64,000 nt of DNA. Source: an uncultured Muribaculaceae bacterium. Lineage in GTDB: Bacteria > Bacteroidota > Bacteroidia > Bacteroidales > Muribaculaceae. The notes below the pieces were generated by a model that saw nothing but the letters and a program-made list of their open reading frames with translations, was not told where the DNA came from and did not search any database. A program made the translations under genes and the position numbers. Position 1 is the first letter of the stretch, and each line of letters begins with the position of its first letter. The stretch lies in assembly GCA_934590135.1 (NCBI GenBank), contig CAKTOT010000001.1:25477-89476 (forward strand), in the 5' to 3' direction. Positions 53,686 through 63,378 of the stretch are shown piece by piece.

Positions 53686-56600
53686 ATGTGTATAAATCTG
53701 ACAGTCAATAGCATATATAATAATATACGGATACTCGCCTTTGTGGCGCTGCTTATGTGTGCCGTAGGGTCGGCACACGCCTTGCCGGCGGAGACTTATG
53801 CCACCAAATCGGCGTTGGCCTCCGGAAAATGGGTCAAGGTCAGCGTTGATGCCACCGGCATCTACCGTCTGACGCCCGCGACGCTGCGTCGCTGGGGCTT
53901 TGACGACCCGTCCAAGGTCAGCGTCTATGGCTACGGTGCCTACCGCACCGGCAACCGTCTGAGTGCTGCCAACTTCTATGACGACCTTCCGGCCATACCC
54001 GTGCAACGGCTTGCCGACGGCACCATTGTGTTCTATGCCTACGGCCCGACATCGTGGGAACAAACCGCGTCACGCCGATATGTGGGCGTCCAAAACGTCT
54101 ACACCACAAAGGGTTACTACTATATTGGCGAGAATTCGGAAGCTCCGGCAAGTGGCGAGCCCAGGACGGTATCCTCCGAGGTCACGGGCGATATATCCGA
54201 GACATACAATGCCCGACTGCACCACGAAGTGGACGAAGTGAGCCCCGGCGAGGCCGGCGCTGCGCTTGTGGGCGAAGACTTCCGCTATACGCCCACGCGC
54301 TACTTCGATTTCAAGCTTACCGACCGCGACGATACGGACCAAAACGTATGGATGGAATGCTCCTTTGTCTCGAAGACATACTCGGCTTCGGCGTTGCTCA
54401 AATTTACCGTCAACGGCACCAAACTGCCCGAAATATACGCCGATGCCATAGGTACGACCAACAACTCCTCATACTACCACGGCGTAGAAGGCACGCCGCG
54501 TCACACCTTTACGCTCTCAAGCGATGATGCACGCATAGGTATCACCTACGAGCCGCAGGGCACTACCAGCGGCGCATGGCTCAACTATCTGACGCTCAAC
54601 TATACGCGAAAACTACGTTTGCCCTCCACCGGTGAGGGTACGCTGCTGTTTTGGCTGAGCAATTCGGCGGCACGTCTCAGCGGCGTCACCGATGCGTCGC
54701 GTCTTCATGTTTGGGATGTCAGCAATGTGCTGGAGCCTGTGGCCGTAGAATTTAAGGACGAAGGCTCGAGCGTACTGTGGAACAATCCCATGTATGGCTT
54801 CCGTGCCTACGCTGCATGGACAGAGGATGCCGCACTGCCCGAGCCGACACTCGTCGGCAACATCTCCAATCAGAATCTCCACGGCATTGAGGTCCCGGAT
54901 ATGGTGATAGTGGCGCCGGCGGCGTATACCGCACAGGCCGAGCGTATCGCCGAGTTGCATCGCAACGATCAGATATGTCCGATGACCGTATCGGTCATCG
55001 AAGACCAGGCGATCTATAACGAATTTTCGAGCGGCAGTGCCGATGTGCACGGCTTGCGCCGCTTTTTCAAGATGCTCTATGACCGCGGCGGCGGCCTCAC
55101 TCCCACCGCCGAGCATCACCTGCAGTATGTGCTGCTGATGGGGTGTGCCACCTACGACCACCGTCACCTCACCGCCGACCTCAAGCGTATGAATACAGTG
55201 ACACTACCGTCATGGGTGACCGCGACTATGCGCTCAAGCCTCAACGACAATGATGGCTTCACCTGCGATGACTTTGCAGCCATACTTGCCGATGACAGCG
55301 GCGAGAATATGGCTTACGACAAGATAAGCATATCTTTGGGCCGTCTGCCTGTACGTTCGCTTGACGAGGCTACTTCCACCGTGGACAAACTCTGCGAGTA
55401 TGTCAAGTCCTCCAAAAAGACCGATTGGCGCAATCAGGTGATGATTCTTGCCGATGACGAAGATCAAGGCATACACATGGAGCAAGCCGACAGCTTCGAG
55501 TATTACGTCAATAATTCCTCTCCGGGAGTATTCCTGAACAATAAGGTGTATATCGATGCCTTCGAAAAAGTCTCCGGCACCGTTCCGGGGGCACGCGAAG
55601 AGATGTTCCGCCTTTTGGATGCCGGTACGGCATATTGGATATACCTCGGACACGCCTCCAACCATGGTATGAGCCACGAGAAGATGCTCACCATGGAAGA
55701 CATTACCGGGTTGTACCTTAAGCGTATACCTATACTTATCGCCGGGACGTGCGACTGGTTGCGCTGGGATTCGAATACGCTGAGTGCCGGCGAGATTTTC
55801 TTCCACGAACGCTATGGCGGCACTATCGCCACCATCAGTGCCACACGACCCGTATATATCAGCGAGAATGGCCGATATATGGCCGCTTTGGGCCGCAACT
55901 TCGGCGTACGCGACGAGTATGGTCGTCTGCCCGCCATCGGCGACATCTACCGTAAGGCCAAAAACGACATACAAAGTTCGGCCGGCATCGCCAGCGACAA
56001 CCATCTGCGTTACGTCCTTATGGGCGACCCGGCTATGCGTGCCGTCACCCCCTCCAACCGCGTACGCCTCGAGAGCATAGACGGCAAGGCTTTGCCCGTC
56101 AATGTCAATGACGACAGTGCCGAGCAGATAGTCGTGTCCGCAATGCAGCGCGCCACCTTTGCCGGCAGTGTCACCGATGCTTCGGGCAACGTCCTGACAG
56201 ACTTCAACGGACGCGTCTTTATCACCATATACGATGCCGATTATTCGACGACATCTTCGGGTCGCGGCACCGGTAAGCCATACACCTTCGATATGCACGG
56301 CGGAAAGCTGTATACCGGTGTGACTATGGTCAAAGACGGACAATGGAGCCTCGAGGTGGCTATGCCCGGCGAAATTGCCGACAACTTCCGCGAGGCCACG
56401 GCCAATATGTATGCCTATGCGGATGCGGACGACCGCGACGCCTGCGGCGTCAGCCATACGTTCTACGTCTACGGTATGGACGAAAATGCTCCCGAAGACA
56501 CCCAGGCTCCGACTATCGAAGCAATGTACCTCAACCATGAGAGTTTTGAGGACGGTGCCGCCGTCAACGCCGACCCCATGCTCATAGCCAAAGTAAGCGA

Positions 56601-57162
56601 CAATGTAGGCATCAACGTCTCCACCGCCGGTATAGGTCACCAAATGACGCTCACCATGGGTCGCAAAATATACAATGATGTATCACAATACTATACGACC
56701 AATGACGACGGCAGCGCCGGTGGCACAATCTGCTATCCGTTGAGCGGCCTCGAAAAAGGCGAATACAGCCTGACACTCAAGGTGTGGGATACGGCGGGCA
56801 ATAGCGCCGACCGTACCGTCAACTTCAATGTCAATCCTTCGGCGACACCTCATATCTACGACATTTGGTCCGACTCGTCGCCGGCGTCGGTACAAGCCAA
56901 CTTCTACCTGCGCCATGACCGTCCCGACCAGATGCTCACCGTCACCGTCACCGTATACAATATGCTTGGACAGCCGCTGTGGAGCAATACCACCACGGGA
57001 CTGTCGGATATGTATACATCCACGCCCGTGGTGTGGAACCTGACCGACGAAGCCGGAAGGCGTGTACCGCGCGGCATCTACCTATATCGTGCCGTCATCA
57101 TCGGTGAAGACGGGCAGGAACAGGCCACGGCATCGCAACGCCTGGCGGTGACTGCACAATGA
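53686..57162 (+). CDS. porU: T9SS C-terminal signal peptidase/sortase PorU (peptidase C25 family), copy A
   Basis: 1158 aa. N-terminal SALASGKWVKVSVDATGIYRLTPATLRRWGF...VSVYGYG. C25 dyad context YLGHASNHG (His codon 55651-55653, residue 656) and IAGTCDW (Cys codon 55750-55752, residue 689). FSSGSADVHGLRRFFKMLYDRG. Confidence 0.8.
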   Translation: MCINLTVNSIYNNIRILAFVALLMCAVGSAHALPAETYATKSALASGKWVKVSVDATGIYRLTPATLRRWGFDDPSKVSVYGYGAYRTGNRLSAANFYDDLPAIPVQRLADGTIVFYAYGPTSWEQTASRRYVGVQNVYTTKGYYYIGENSEAPASGEPRTVSSEVTGDISETYNARLHHEVDEVSPGEAGAALVGEDFRYTPTRYFDFKLTDRDDTDQNVWMECSFVSKTYSASALLKFTVNGTKLPEIYADAIGTTNNSSYYHGVEGTPRHTFTLSSDDARIGITYEPQGTTSGAWLNYLTLNYTRKLRLPSTGEGTLLFWLSNSAARLSGVTDASRLHVWDVSNVLEPVAVEFKDEGSSVLWNNPMYGFRAYAAWTEDAALPEPTLVGNISNQNLHGIEVPDMVIVAPAAYTAQAERIAELHRNDQICPMTVSVIEDQAIYNEFSSGSADVHGLRRFFKMLYDRGGGLTPTAEHHLQYVLLMGCATYDHRHLTADLKRMNTVTLPSWVTATMRSSLNDNDGFTCDDFAAILADDSGENMAYDKISISLGRLPVRSLDEATSTVDKLCEYVKSSKKTDWRNQVMILADDEDQGIHMEQADSFEYYVNNSSPGVFLNNKVYIDAFEKVSGTVPGAREEMFRLLDAGTAYWIYLGHASNHGMSHEKMLTMEDITGLYLKRIPILIAGTCDWLRWDSNTLSAGEIFFHERYGGTIATISATRPVYISENGRYMAALGRNFGVRDEYGRLPAIGDIYRKAKNDIQSSAGIASDNHLRYVLMGDPAMRAVTPSNRVRLESIDGKALPVNVNDDSAEQIVVSAMQRATFAGSVTDASGNVLTDFNGRVFITIYDADYSTTSSGRGTGKPYTFDMHGGKLYTGVTMVKDGQWSLEVAMPGEIADNFREATANMYAYADADDRDACGVSHTFYVYGMDENAPEDTQAPTIEAMYLNHESFEDGAAVNADPMLIAKVSDNVGINVSTAGIGHQMTLTMGRKIYNDVSQYYTTNDDGSAGGTICYPLSGLEKGEYSLTLKVWDTAGNSADRTVNFNVNPSATPHIYDIWSDSSPASVQANFYLRHDRPDQMLTVTVTVYNMLGQPLWSNTTTGLSDMYTSTPVVWNLTDEAGRRVPRGIYLYRAVIIGEDGQEQATASQRLAVTAQ

Positions 57163-57234
57163 TACATCGAAACAGATTGACAAAAAAACAAATATACGCA
57201 CGACAACAGCATTAGAACCAACACGACACAACCA

Positions 57235-57885
57235 ATGCACGAAAACAACCGTCCTGCGACAACACCGCTACCCGAGCCGACACTGCGGCGTCTGCCCTGG
57301 TATCTGGCATACCTGACGACGCTACGCACCCAGGGCCAAACCCATGTATCTTCGACCCGCATCGCCGCCGATGTGGGCGTGGATCCGTCACAGATAGCCA
57401 AAGACCTCTCATTTCTTAATATCAAAGGTAAGACCCGTATAGGCTACGAAGTGCAAGCACTCGAGAACGAGTTGCGGCAGTTCCTTGGCTTCGGGCTTAA
57501 TCACGATGCAGTGATTATCGGCGCCGGATCGCTGGGCTCGGCACTAATGCGCGACAGCGGTCTTCACCGCTACGGGTTGAATATCGTGGCCGCTTTCGAT
57601 ACCGATCCGGCTATAGTCGGCGGCGAAATCAGCGGTATACCCATATATCACGCCAACCGCCTTGCCGAGATATGCCAAGGCCGGGATATAGCCATAGCCG
57701 CCCTCACCGTGCCGGTGAGTGTCGCCCAGTCTGTCGCCGATGCGGCCATAGACGCCGGCATTCGCGGCATCTGGAATTTTACGCCGTGTCGCATCCGCGT
57801 GCATGGCGGTGCAGTGGTGCAAAACACCTCAATGTATTCGCATCTTGCAGTGATGTATAATAGATTACAAGACCCGCAGCCCTGA
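57235..57885 (+). CDS. rex: Redox-sensing transcriptional repressor Rex
   Basis: LPEPTLRRLPWYLAYL ... ISSTRIAADVGVDPSQIAKDLSF winged helix, and a Rossmann VIIGAGSLGSAL. Confidence 0.9.
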   Translation: MHENNRPATTPLPEPTLRRLPWYLAYLTTLRTQGQTHVSSTRIAADVGVDPSQIAKDLSFLNIKGKTRIGYEVQALENELRQFLGFGLNHDAVIIGAGSLGSALMRDSGLHRYGLNIVAAFDTDPAIVGGEISGIPIYHANRLAEICQGRDIAIAALTVPVSVAQSVADAAIDAGIRGIWNFTPCRIRVHGGAVVQNTSMYSHLAVMYNRLQDPQP

Positions 57886-57891
57886 CCGGCT

Positions 57892-58419
57892 ATGAAGATA
57901 CTTGCCATAGACAACGAAGGGTGTGTGCACTCCGCCGCCGACTCGGCAGTGGTGACGCGTTCGCAGCCGTGGTTCGAGCCCGACCAAGGAGCGCCGTGGT
58001 CCGGCGAAGTATACATTGCCGCCGTAGTTTCGCGCTTAGGCAAGGGCGTGGCCGAGCGTTTTGCCCGCCGCTATTACGACAGCCTTGCCGTGGTGGTGCA
58101 TCCGCGGCCCAAAGTTCCCGGAAGTGTCTACGAATGGACACGTGACGGAGCCATACTCGCCGGTGACCACATTCACGTAGGCGACCTTGCCGAGCATACC
58201 GAATTGAGCATCGGCGATACGTCCTATCCGGTGGATCTTGTGCAGATGCTCGGCGAGTTTGACCGCCTGTTGTGCGATGTCTCGGAGCATCATACCATCA
58301 AGACCGGAGATATGCTGATGCTACCTTTGGCCGGAGTACCACCCATTGCGTTGGTGCGTCCGTTGACACTGGATATCGCCCTTGGCGCGGTGCGAGTGCT
58401 GCGCCTCAAAGTTCGATAG
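57892..58419 (+). CDS. Short fumarylacetoacetate-hydrolase (FAH)-family-like protein
   Basis: MKILAID..., FARRYYDSLAVVV and IKTGDMLMLPL resemble the short Bacteroidales FAH-family proteins. The metal-binding Glu pattern looks partly degenerate. Confidence 0.4.
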   Translation: MKILAIDNEGCVHSAADSAVVTRSQPWFEPDQGAPWSGEVYIAAVVSRLGKGVAERFARRYYDSLAVVVHPRPKVPGSVYEWTRDGAILAGDHIHVGDLAEHTELSIGDTSYPVDLVQMLGEFDRLLCDVSEHHTIKTGDMLMLPLAGVPPIALVRPLTLDIALGAVRVLRLKVR

Positions 58420-58567
58420 GTGTAGCGATATATGCCTTGATAGAAAAAGATGACGAAAGCAAGTAATCAAACGCCCATTATACGTAATCAATACGTTTCG
58501 GGCTAAAAACTGAGAAAACAGACACGACAAAATTTAGAATAATACAGCCAACAGCCAAAATCCGAAT

Positions 58568-61500
58568 ATGAAGAAACAATTACTCCAGATATTAGGCGTT
58601 GCCCTATGTGTAGGCGCGCTCACAGCCACAGCGCCCGAGGCGGCAGCTTATGAAATGTCGCATTACACGGCCATTTCGGCTCTGTCTTCGGGGAAATGGG
58701 TCAAAATACGCGTAGACCACGAGGGCTTATACGAAATCACTTACGATCAATTGCGCCAATGGGGGTTTGCCAATCCGGAGTCGGTGTCGGTCTATGGTTA
58801 CGGCGGTACGATGCTGAGCCACGAGAAATTTGAGAGTAAAGACCCTGACGACTTGACCCCGACGGTATGCTTTCATACGGACAATGCTGTGCGTTTCTAT
58901 GGCGTCGGTGCACGGCGCTGGGTCCCGGAAAGTTATCGCGAAGTCTTTTTAGAGGAAAACGTTTATAGCAATTACGGATACTACTTTGTGTCCGATGTAA
59001 AGCTCGACACCGGTGAGGATAAGGTGGAATTTCGCGAAAGTTCCGGAAAACTTGCCAAGGAAGTTTCGGCCGTATACGGGTTCACCGAAGATGTCGAGAA
59101 TCCCATAAAGGCCGGCGGCTTCTTTTTCGGCAAGCCTTACGGTGGTTACGACGACAACACATACAGCGTTCCGGTAGTCAAATTCGCTCCCGAATGTATA
59201 GATCCCGTTCTTACCGTCAATGCCCGATATGCCGCCAACTTCGGTATCAATGGCGCGGCAACCGTCGAGTACGATTCGACCAAATTGGTTAGTGCGGATC
59301 GTAGTGCTTACGAGGTTCCCAGTTTGACGACCACCACCGATCGCAAATATTATATTTCCACCTTTAAGGAAAGTTTTATGACGCTCACTTCCGACGGGAC
59401 GCTACCCGATACGGTAATGACGTTCAAGTTCGGCGCCGAAGAACGAGTTAAGCATTTGGTCAACTATCTTGCGGATGATTACTTCATTTTCAGCTATCCG
59501 CAGACAGCTTTTAAGCGTGATGGTGAGGCCACCGTGTTGTGTTTTGTTTGTCGCGAACGATGGCAAAATTTTGTGATCAATAACTGTGATGAGAATACGC
59601 TGATATATGATGTGACCTATGCCACTCCGCGCCTGAGGTCGTATACAACCAAGTATGACAGCGAGGCACGTACGCTCACCGGATGTTTTGACCATACAAT
59701 CAATAATATCGAATATCCCGGGCACGCCCGACTGCTGGTAATCAATCCCGCCACGGACGCCGTCTCCGTGCCCGAATATGTCGGCGAGGTCGCCAATCAG
59801 AATATTCACGGCGATGAAGTACCCGATATGCTTATTATCACCACCGACGAGCTTTACGAAGCCGCCCAAGAGCTGGCCGATGCGCATCGCGCCGAGGGAC
59901 TTTTTGTCAACGTGTATACACAGCAGCAGGTATTCAACGAATTTTCCTCCGGCACGCCCGAAATTTCGGCATACCGCCGAGTGGTCAAAATGTTCTATGA
60001 CCGAGACCGGCAGCGTATGAAGTATATGCTTCTCTACGGCCGCGGCATTTGGGACAATCGCCAGATTGTCGAAAAGACCAACAGCGAGGTACTATTGTGC
60101 TATGAAAATGTCTCCTCCAACTTTGCCGGCGGCCTGTCGCAGGCATACGCTAATGACGGCGTACTCGGCGTGATGGACGACGCTTCCTATCTCCAGCAAT
60201 TACATAACTTTCAGGCCGATGTAGCCGTAGGCCGTATTCCGGCCGACAATCTGCAGATGGCTCGTGACGCCAATGCCAAGATTATCAATTATATGAATGG
60301 TAAGGTGCCGTTTATCAACTTTACGCGCGGCGTCTTCATATCCGATGACGGCGACGGCTACACTCACCTCAACCAGACCGAGTCAATCATAAGACGTATA
60401 CAATCAGGCAGTCCGGAGGTTACGGCAATTCGTGTGCACAATGACATCTTCCCGTGGACGGGCAAAGACGCCAAGACCGCCCGCACGGTATTGTCCGATG
60501 CGCTCACCAAGGGCGTAGGCCTGTTTGTCTATGTCGGTCACGGCACTCCGGACGGCTTCACCGGCGAAAAACTATGGACACGCTCCTTTGCCACTTCGCT
60601 TACTTACAAGTATCCGCCGTTTGCGCACCTGTCTACCTGCGATTCGTACGACTTTGACCACCGCGACAGCGGCATTGCCGAAGCCATGTTCTTCAAGAAA
60701 GACGGCGGCTGCATCGGCGTCATAGGCGCGGGACGTGCCGTATATATGCAGATGAACCAATTCCTGGCGCTGAACCTTGCCGAGGCGTATGGTAACGCTC
60801 GCTACGGTACTACTATCGGAGATCTGTACCTCCAGGCATCCAATAAGACCAAGAAGCAGTACAATAACGATGAGTATGTGACAATCAACACATGCTGCTA
60901 CAACCTCTTGGGAGACCCGGCTGTGCGTCTGCCTTTCCCCGAGGACTTGAAGGCTACGCCCAAGATCGAACGCTTCAATGATGTCGATGTCAGCGACTAC
61001 GAACCCGGCGTCTCCGAGCGCAAGCGCAATGATGCTTGCGAAATTGTGCCCGGCCGCAAATTCACTATCGAAGGAGGAATAGGCGTCGGTATGGGGCTTG
61101 CCGGCCCGGCCGATGTCACCGTATATCAGGCGCCGCGTACCGTTACCACTTTGGTTCAGAATTCCAATGATCGCTCTACGCCCAAGGATGTAACCATAGA
61201 GCAGGATGTCTTGGCCGAGACTACCGGCGTGTGCGTTGACGGAAACGCGTCCGTAGATGTCATCGTACCTCAGCCTATGACGACCGGCGAATACAATCGC
61301 ATAGTGCTTACAATCGCTAACGCCAATCGGCCATCGACCGGCGTGGCCGCCGTATATGACGAGGCTTATATAGATGACAACGCCGCCGAAGTGACGCCCG
61401 ACTATGCAAATGCTCCCCAAATCGAGCAGATGTATCTCAACGACAATACTTCCATTCAAGATATCGTAGTGGGCAAAGACTTTGTCCTCCATGCAACGAT

Positions 61501-62053
61501 ACGCGCCGTCTCGGGCTTCAATGTGTCCTCCGACCTCGGCGCCGCAACACGTCTGACTATGGACCACAACAAGAGTTACCATGACGTGCTGTACAATATC
61601 TCGACTACCGATAATCCCGAAGTATTCGAACTGACATATCCCATGAACGATGTCACCGACGGACGGCATGTATTGACCCTCGATGTCGCCGACAATACCG
61701 GTGCACGTGCGTCTATGGATTTGGCTTTCACCGTAATGTCCTCGCAAGTATCTATGAATATCACTATGGACAATACTACGGGTATAGTACGAGAAGACTG
61801 CACCTTTGACGCTACTTCCGGCAATACGTCCGTCACCGGCCCGTACCGACTGATAATATGCAATGCCGAAGGCAATACGGTCTACAACAAGACCGTTTCG
61901 CTGCCTTGTACGTGGGATCTCAAGGACAAGAACGGCGCATACGTCGGCGACGGCCGATACACAGCACGCATACTTGCAGGGGACAGCGACAGTGATAGTG
62001 CTCCGTACGGCAGCACCGACACAATAACATTCACCGTATTACGTAAAAAATAA
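58568..62053 (+). CDS. PorU-like C25-family protein, copy B (full-length paralog)
   Basis: 1161 aa. SALSSGKWVKIRVDHEGLYEITYDQLRQWGF...VSVYGYGG. VGHGTPDG (His codon 60539-60541, residue 658). LSTCDSY (Cys codon 60638-60640, residue 691). FSSGTPEISAYRRVVKMFYDRD. Collinear with copy A at roughly 35-45% identity by eye. Confidence 0.75.
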   Translation: MKKQLLQILGVALCVGALTATAPEAAAYEMSHYTAISALSSGKWVKIRVDHEGLYEITYDQLRQWGFANPESVSVYGYGGTMLSHEKFESKDPDDLTPTVCFHTDNAVRFYGVGARRWVPESYREVFLEENVYSNYGYYFVSDVKLDTGEDKVEFRESSGKLAKEVSAVYGFTEDVENPIKAGGFFFGKPYGGYDDNTYSVPVVKFAPECIDPVLTVNARYAANFGINGAATVEYDSTKLVSADRSAYEVPSLTTTTDRKYYISTFKESFMTLTSDGTLPDTVMTFKFGAEERVKHLVNYLADDYFIFSYPQTAFKRDGEATVLCFVCRERWQNFVINNCDENTLIYDVTYATPRLRSYTTKYDSEARTLTGCFDHTINNIEYPGHARLLVINPATDAVSVPEYVGEVANQNIHGDEVPDMLIITTDELYEAAQELADAHRAEGLFVNVYTQQQVFNEFSSGTPEISAYRRVVKMFYDRDRQRMKYMLLYGRGIWDNRQIVEKTNSEVLLCYENVSSNFAGGLSQAYANDGVLGVMDDASYLQQLHNFQADVAVGRIPADNLQMARDANAKIINYMNGKVPFINFTRGVFISDDGDGYTHLNQTESIIRRIQSGSPEVTAIRVHNDIFPWTGKDAKTARTVLSDALTKGVGLFVYVGHGTPDGFTGEKLWTRSFATSLTYKYPPFAHLSTCDSYDFDHRDSGIAEAMFFKKDGGCIGVIGAGRAVYMQMNQFLALNLAEAYGNARYGTTIGDLYLQASNKTKKQYNNDEYVTINTCCYNLLGDPAVRLPFPEDLKATPKIERFNDVDVSDYEPGVSERKRNDACEIVPGRKFTIEGGIGVGMGLAGPADVTVYQAPRTVTTLVQNSNDRSTPKDVTIEQDVLAETTGVCVDGNASVDVIVPQPMTTGEYNRIVLTIANANRPSTGVAAVYDEAYIDDNAAEVTPDYANAPQIEQMYLNDNTSIQDIVVGKDFVLHATIRAVSGFNVSSDLGAATRLTMDHNKSYHDVLYNISTTDNPEVFELTYPMNDVTDGRHVLTLDVADNTGARASMDLAFTVMSSQVSMNITMDNTTGIVREDCTFDATSGNTSVTGPYRLIICNAEGNTVYNKTVSLPCTWDLKDKNGAYVGDGRYTARILAGDSDSDSAPYGSTDTITFTVLRKK

Positions 62054-62058
62054 CGACT

Positions 62059-63378
62059 ATGCTTCCGGAAACCGAGCGAGCCGGCATCATAGCACTGATG
62101 CAGCGTGAGATAGTGCCTGCCACGGGATGTACCGAACCGGTGGCCGTGGCTTTGGCGTGCGCCTATGCCGCCCGTCAGACCGGTATGGGAACGCCGCGGT
62201 GTCCTGCCGATTTTGTCTCCATAATCTGTAGATTGAGCGGCAATATGATCAAGAACGCCATGGGTGTCGGTATCCCCGGTACGGGGCGCACCGGACTGCC
62301 TATAGCCATCGCACTGGGCGCTTTGCGCGGTAATCCCGACCGCGGCCTCGAAGTCCTGGACGGCGTGAGCCTTGACGAGGTGGAAGCCGCCGATGCTCTG
62401 ACAAAAGTCGAAGGCGTTATCGATATCGGGCTTCAACCCGGCCCTTGCGACAAATTGTACATAGATGTGACCGTGCGTACCGCCGACGGCCGATACGGGC
62501 ACGCAATCATTGAGGGCGCTCACACGCATGTAGTCCTGCTGGAAGGAACGGCCGGAGCGGACAAAGACCTGCGACAGGGTGGGGGACAGACCGGCGCTGC
62601 GGACGGCGGCACGGACGTACAACTGAATATGCGCAAGGTTTGGGACTTTGCCATGACCTCTCCTTTGGACGAAATACGCTTTATACTCGAAGCTCGGCGG
62701 CTCAATAAGGCCGTGGCCGAAGGGGCTATGCACGGCAACTACGGCCATAGTGTAGGCCGTACCATGCACTGCCCGCGCCAACATCGGCTTATGGGAGACA
62801 GCATCTTTACGCATATACTGGCCTATACGTCTGCAGCATGCGATGCACGTATGGGCGGTGCCTCGGTGACGGTGATGAGCAACAGCGGCAGCGGCAACCA
62901 GGGCATAGCAGCCACCGTCCCCGTAGTGGTATACGCCGATGACACCCATGCCGATGAGGAGCACACCATCCGAGCATTGACACTGAGCCATCTCACTGCG
63001 ATATACATCAAACAAAGCCTCGGACGACTGTCGGCACTATGCGGATGCGTGGTAGCTGCCACCGGCTCCAGCGCCGGAATATGCTACCTTATGGGCGGCG
63101 ACTACGACCGCGTGGTTGCTACCATCAAAAATATGGTGGCAACTCTCACCGGAATGATATGCGACGGTGCCAAACCCAGCTGTGCGCTCAAGCTCACCTC
63201 CGGAGTCTCCACCGCAGTGGTCAGTGCTCTCGTAGCCATGGAAGGTCATTGCGTCACTCCACTCGAAGGTATCATCGATGATTCCATAGACACGACTATC
63301 GCCAACCTCACCACCATAGGCCGAGACGCCATGAACGAGACGGATGACACCATCCTTCGTATAATGACTTCGAAATGA
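62059..63378 (+). CDS. L-cysteine desulfidase family protein (UPF0597, YhaM/CyuA-like)
   Basis: EIVPATGCTEPVAVALACAYA is the family hallmark. GSGNQG and MICDGAKPSCALK motifs are present. Confidence 0.85.
   Translation: MLPETERAGIIALMQREIVPATGCTEPVAVALACAYAARQTGMGTPRCPADFVSIICRLSGNMIKNAMGVGIPGTGRTGLPIAIALGALRGNPDRGLEVLDGVSLDEVEAADALTKVEGVIDIGLQPGPCDKLYIDVTVRTADGRYGHAIIEGAHTHVVLLEGTAGADKDLRQGGGQTGAADGGTDVQLNMRKVWDFAMTSPLDEIRFILEARRLNKAVAEGAMHGNYGHSVGRTMHCPRQHRLMGDSIFTHILAYTSAACDARMGGASVTVMSNSGSGNQGIAATVPVVVYADDTHADEEHTIRALTLSHLTAIYIKQSLGRLSALCGCVVAATGSSAGICYLMGGDYDRVVATIKNMVATLTGMICDGAKPSCALKLTSGVSTAVVSALVAMEGHCVTPLEGIIDDSIDTTIANLTTIGRDAMNETDDTILRIMTSK

Noticed and set aside
55234-56643. 469-aa minus-strand ORF, plus similar ORFs at 60572-61747 and 61882-63015
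   Set aside because: They are antisense shadows inside the PorU-like genes and the YhaM-like gene. They are Gly/Val/Ala/His-rich with no domain signatures.
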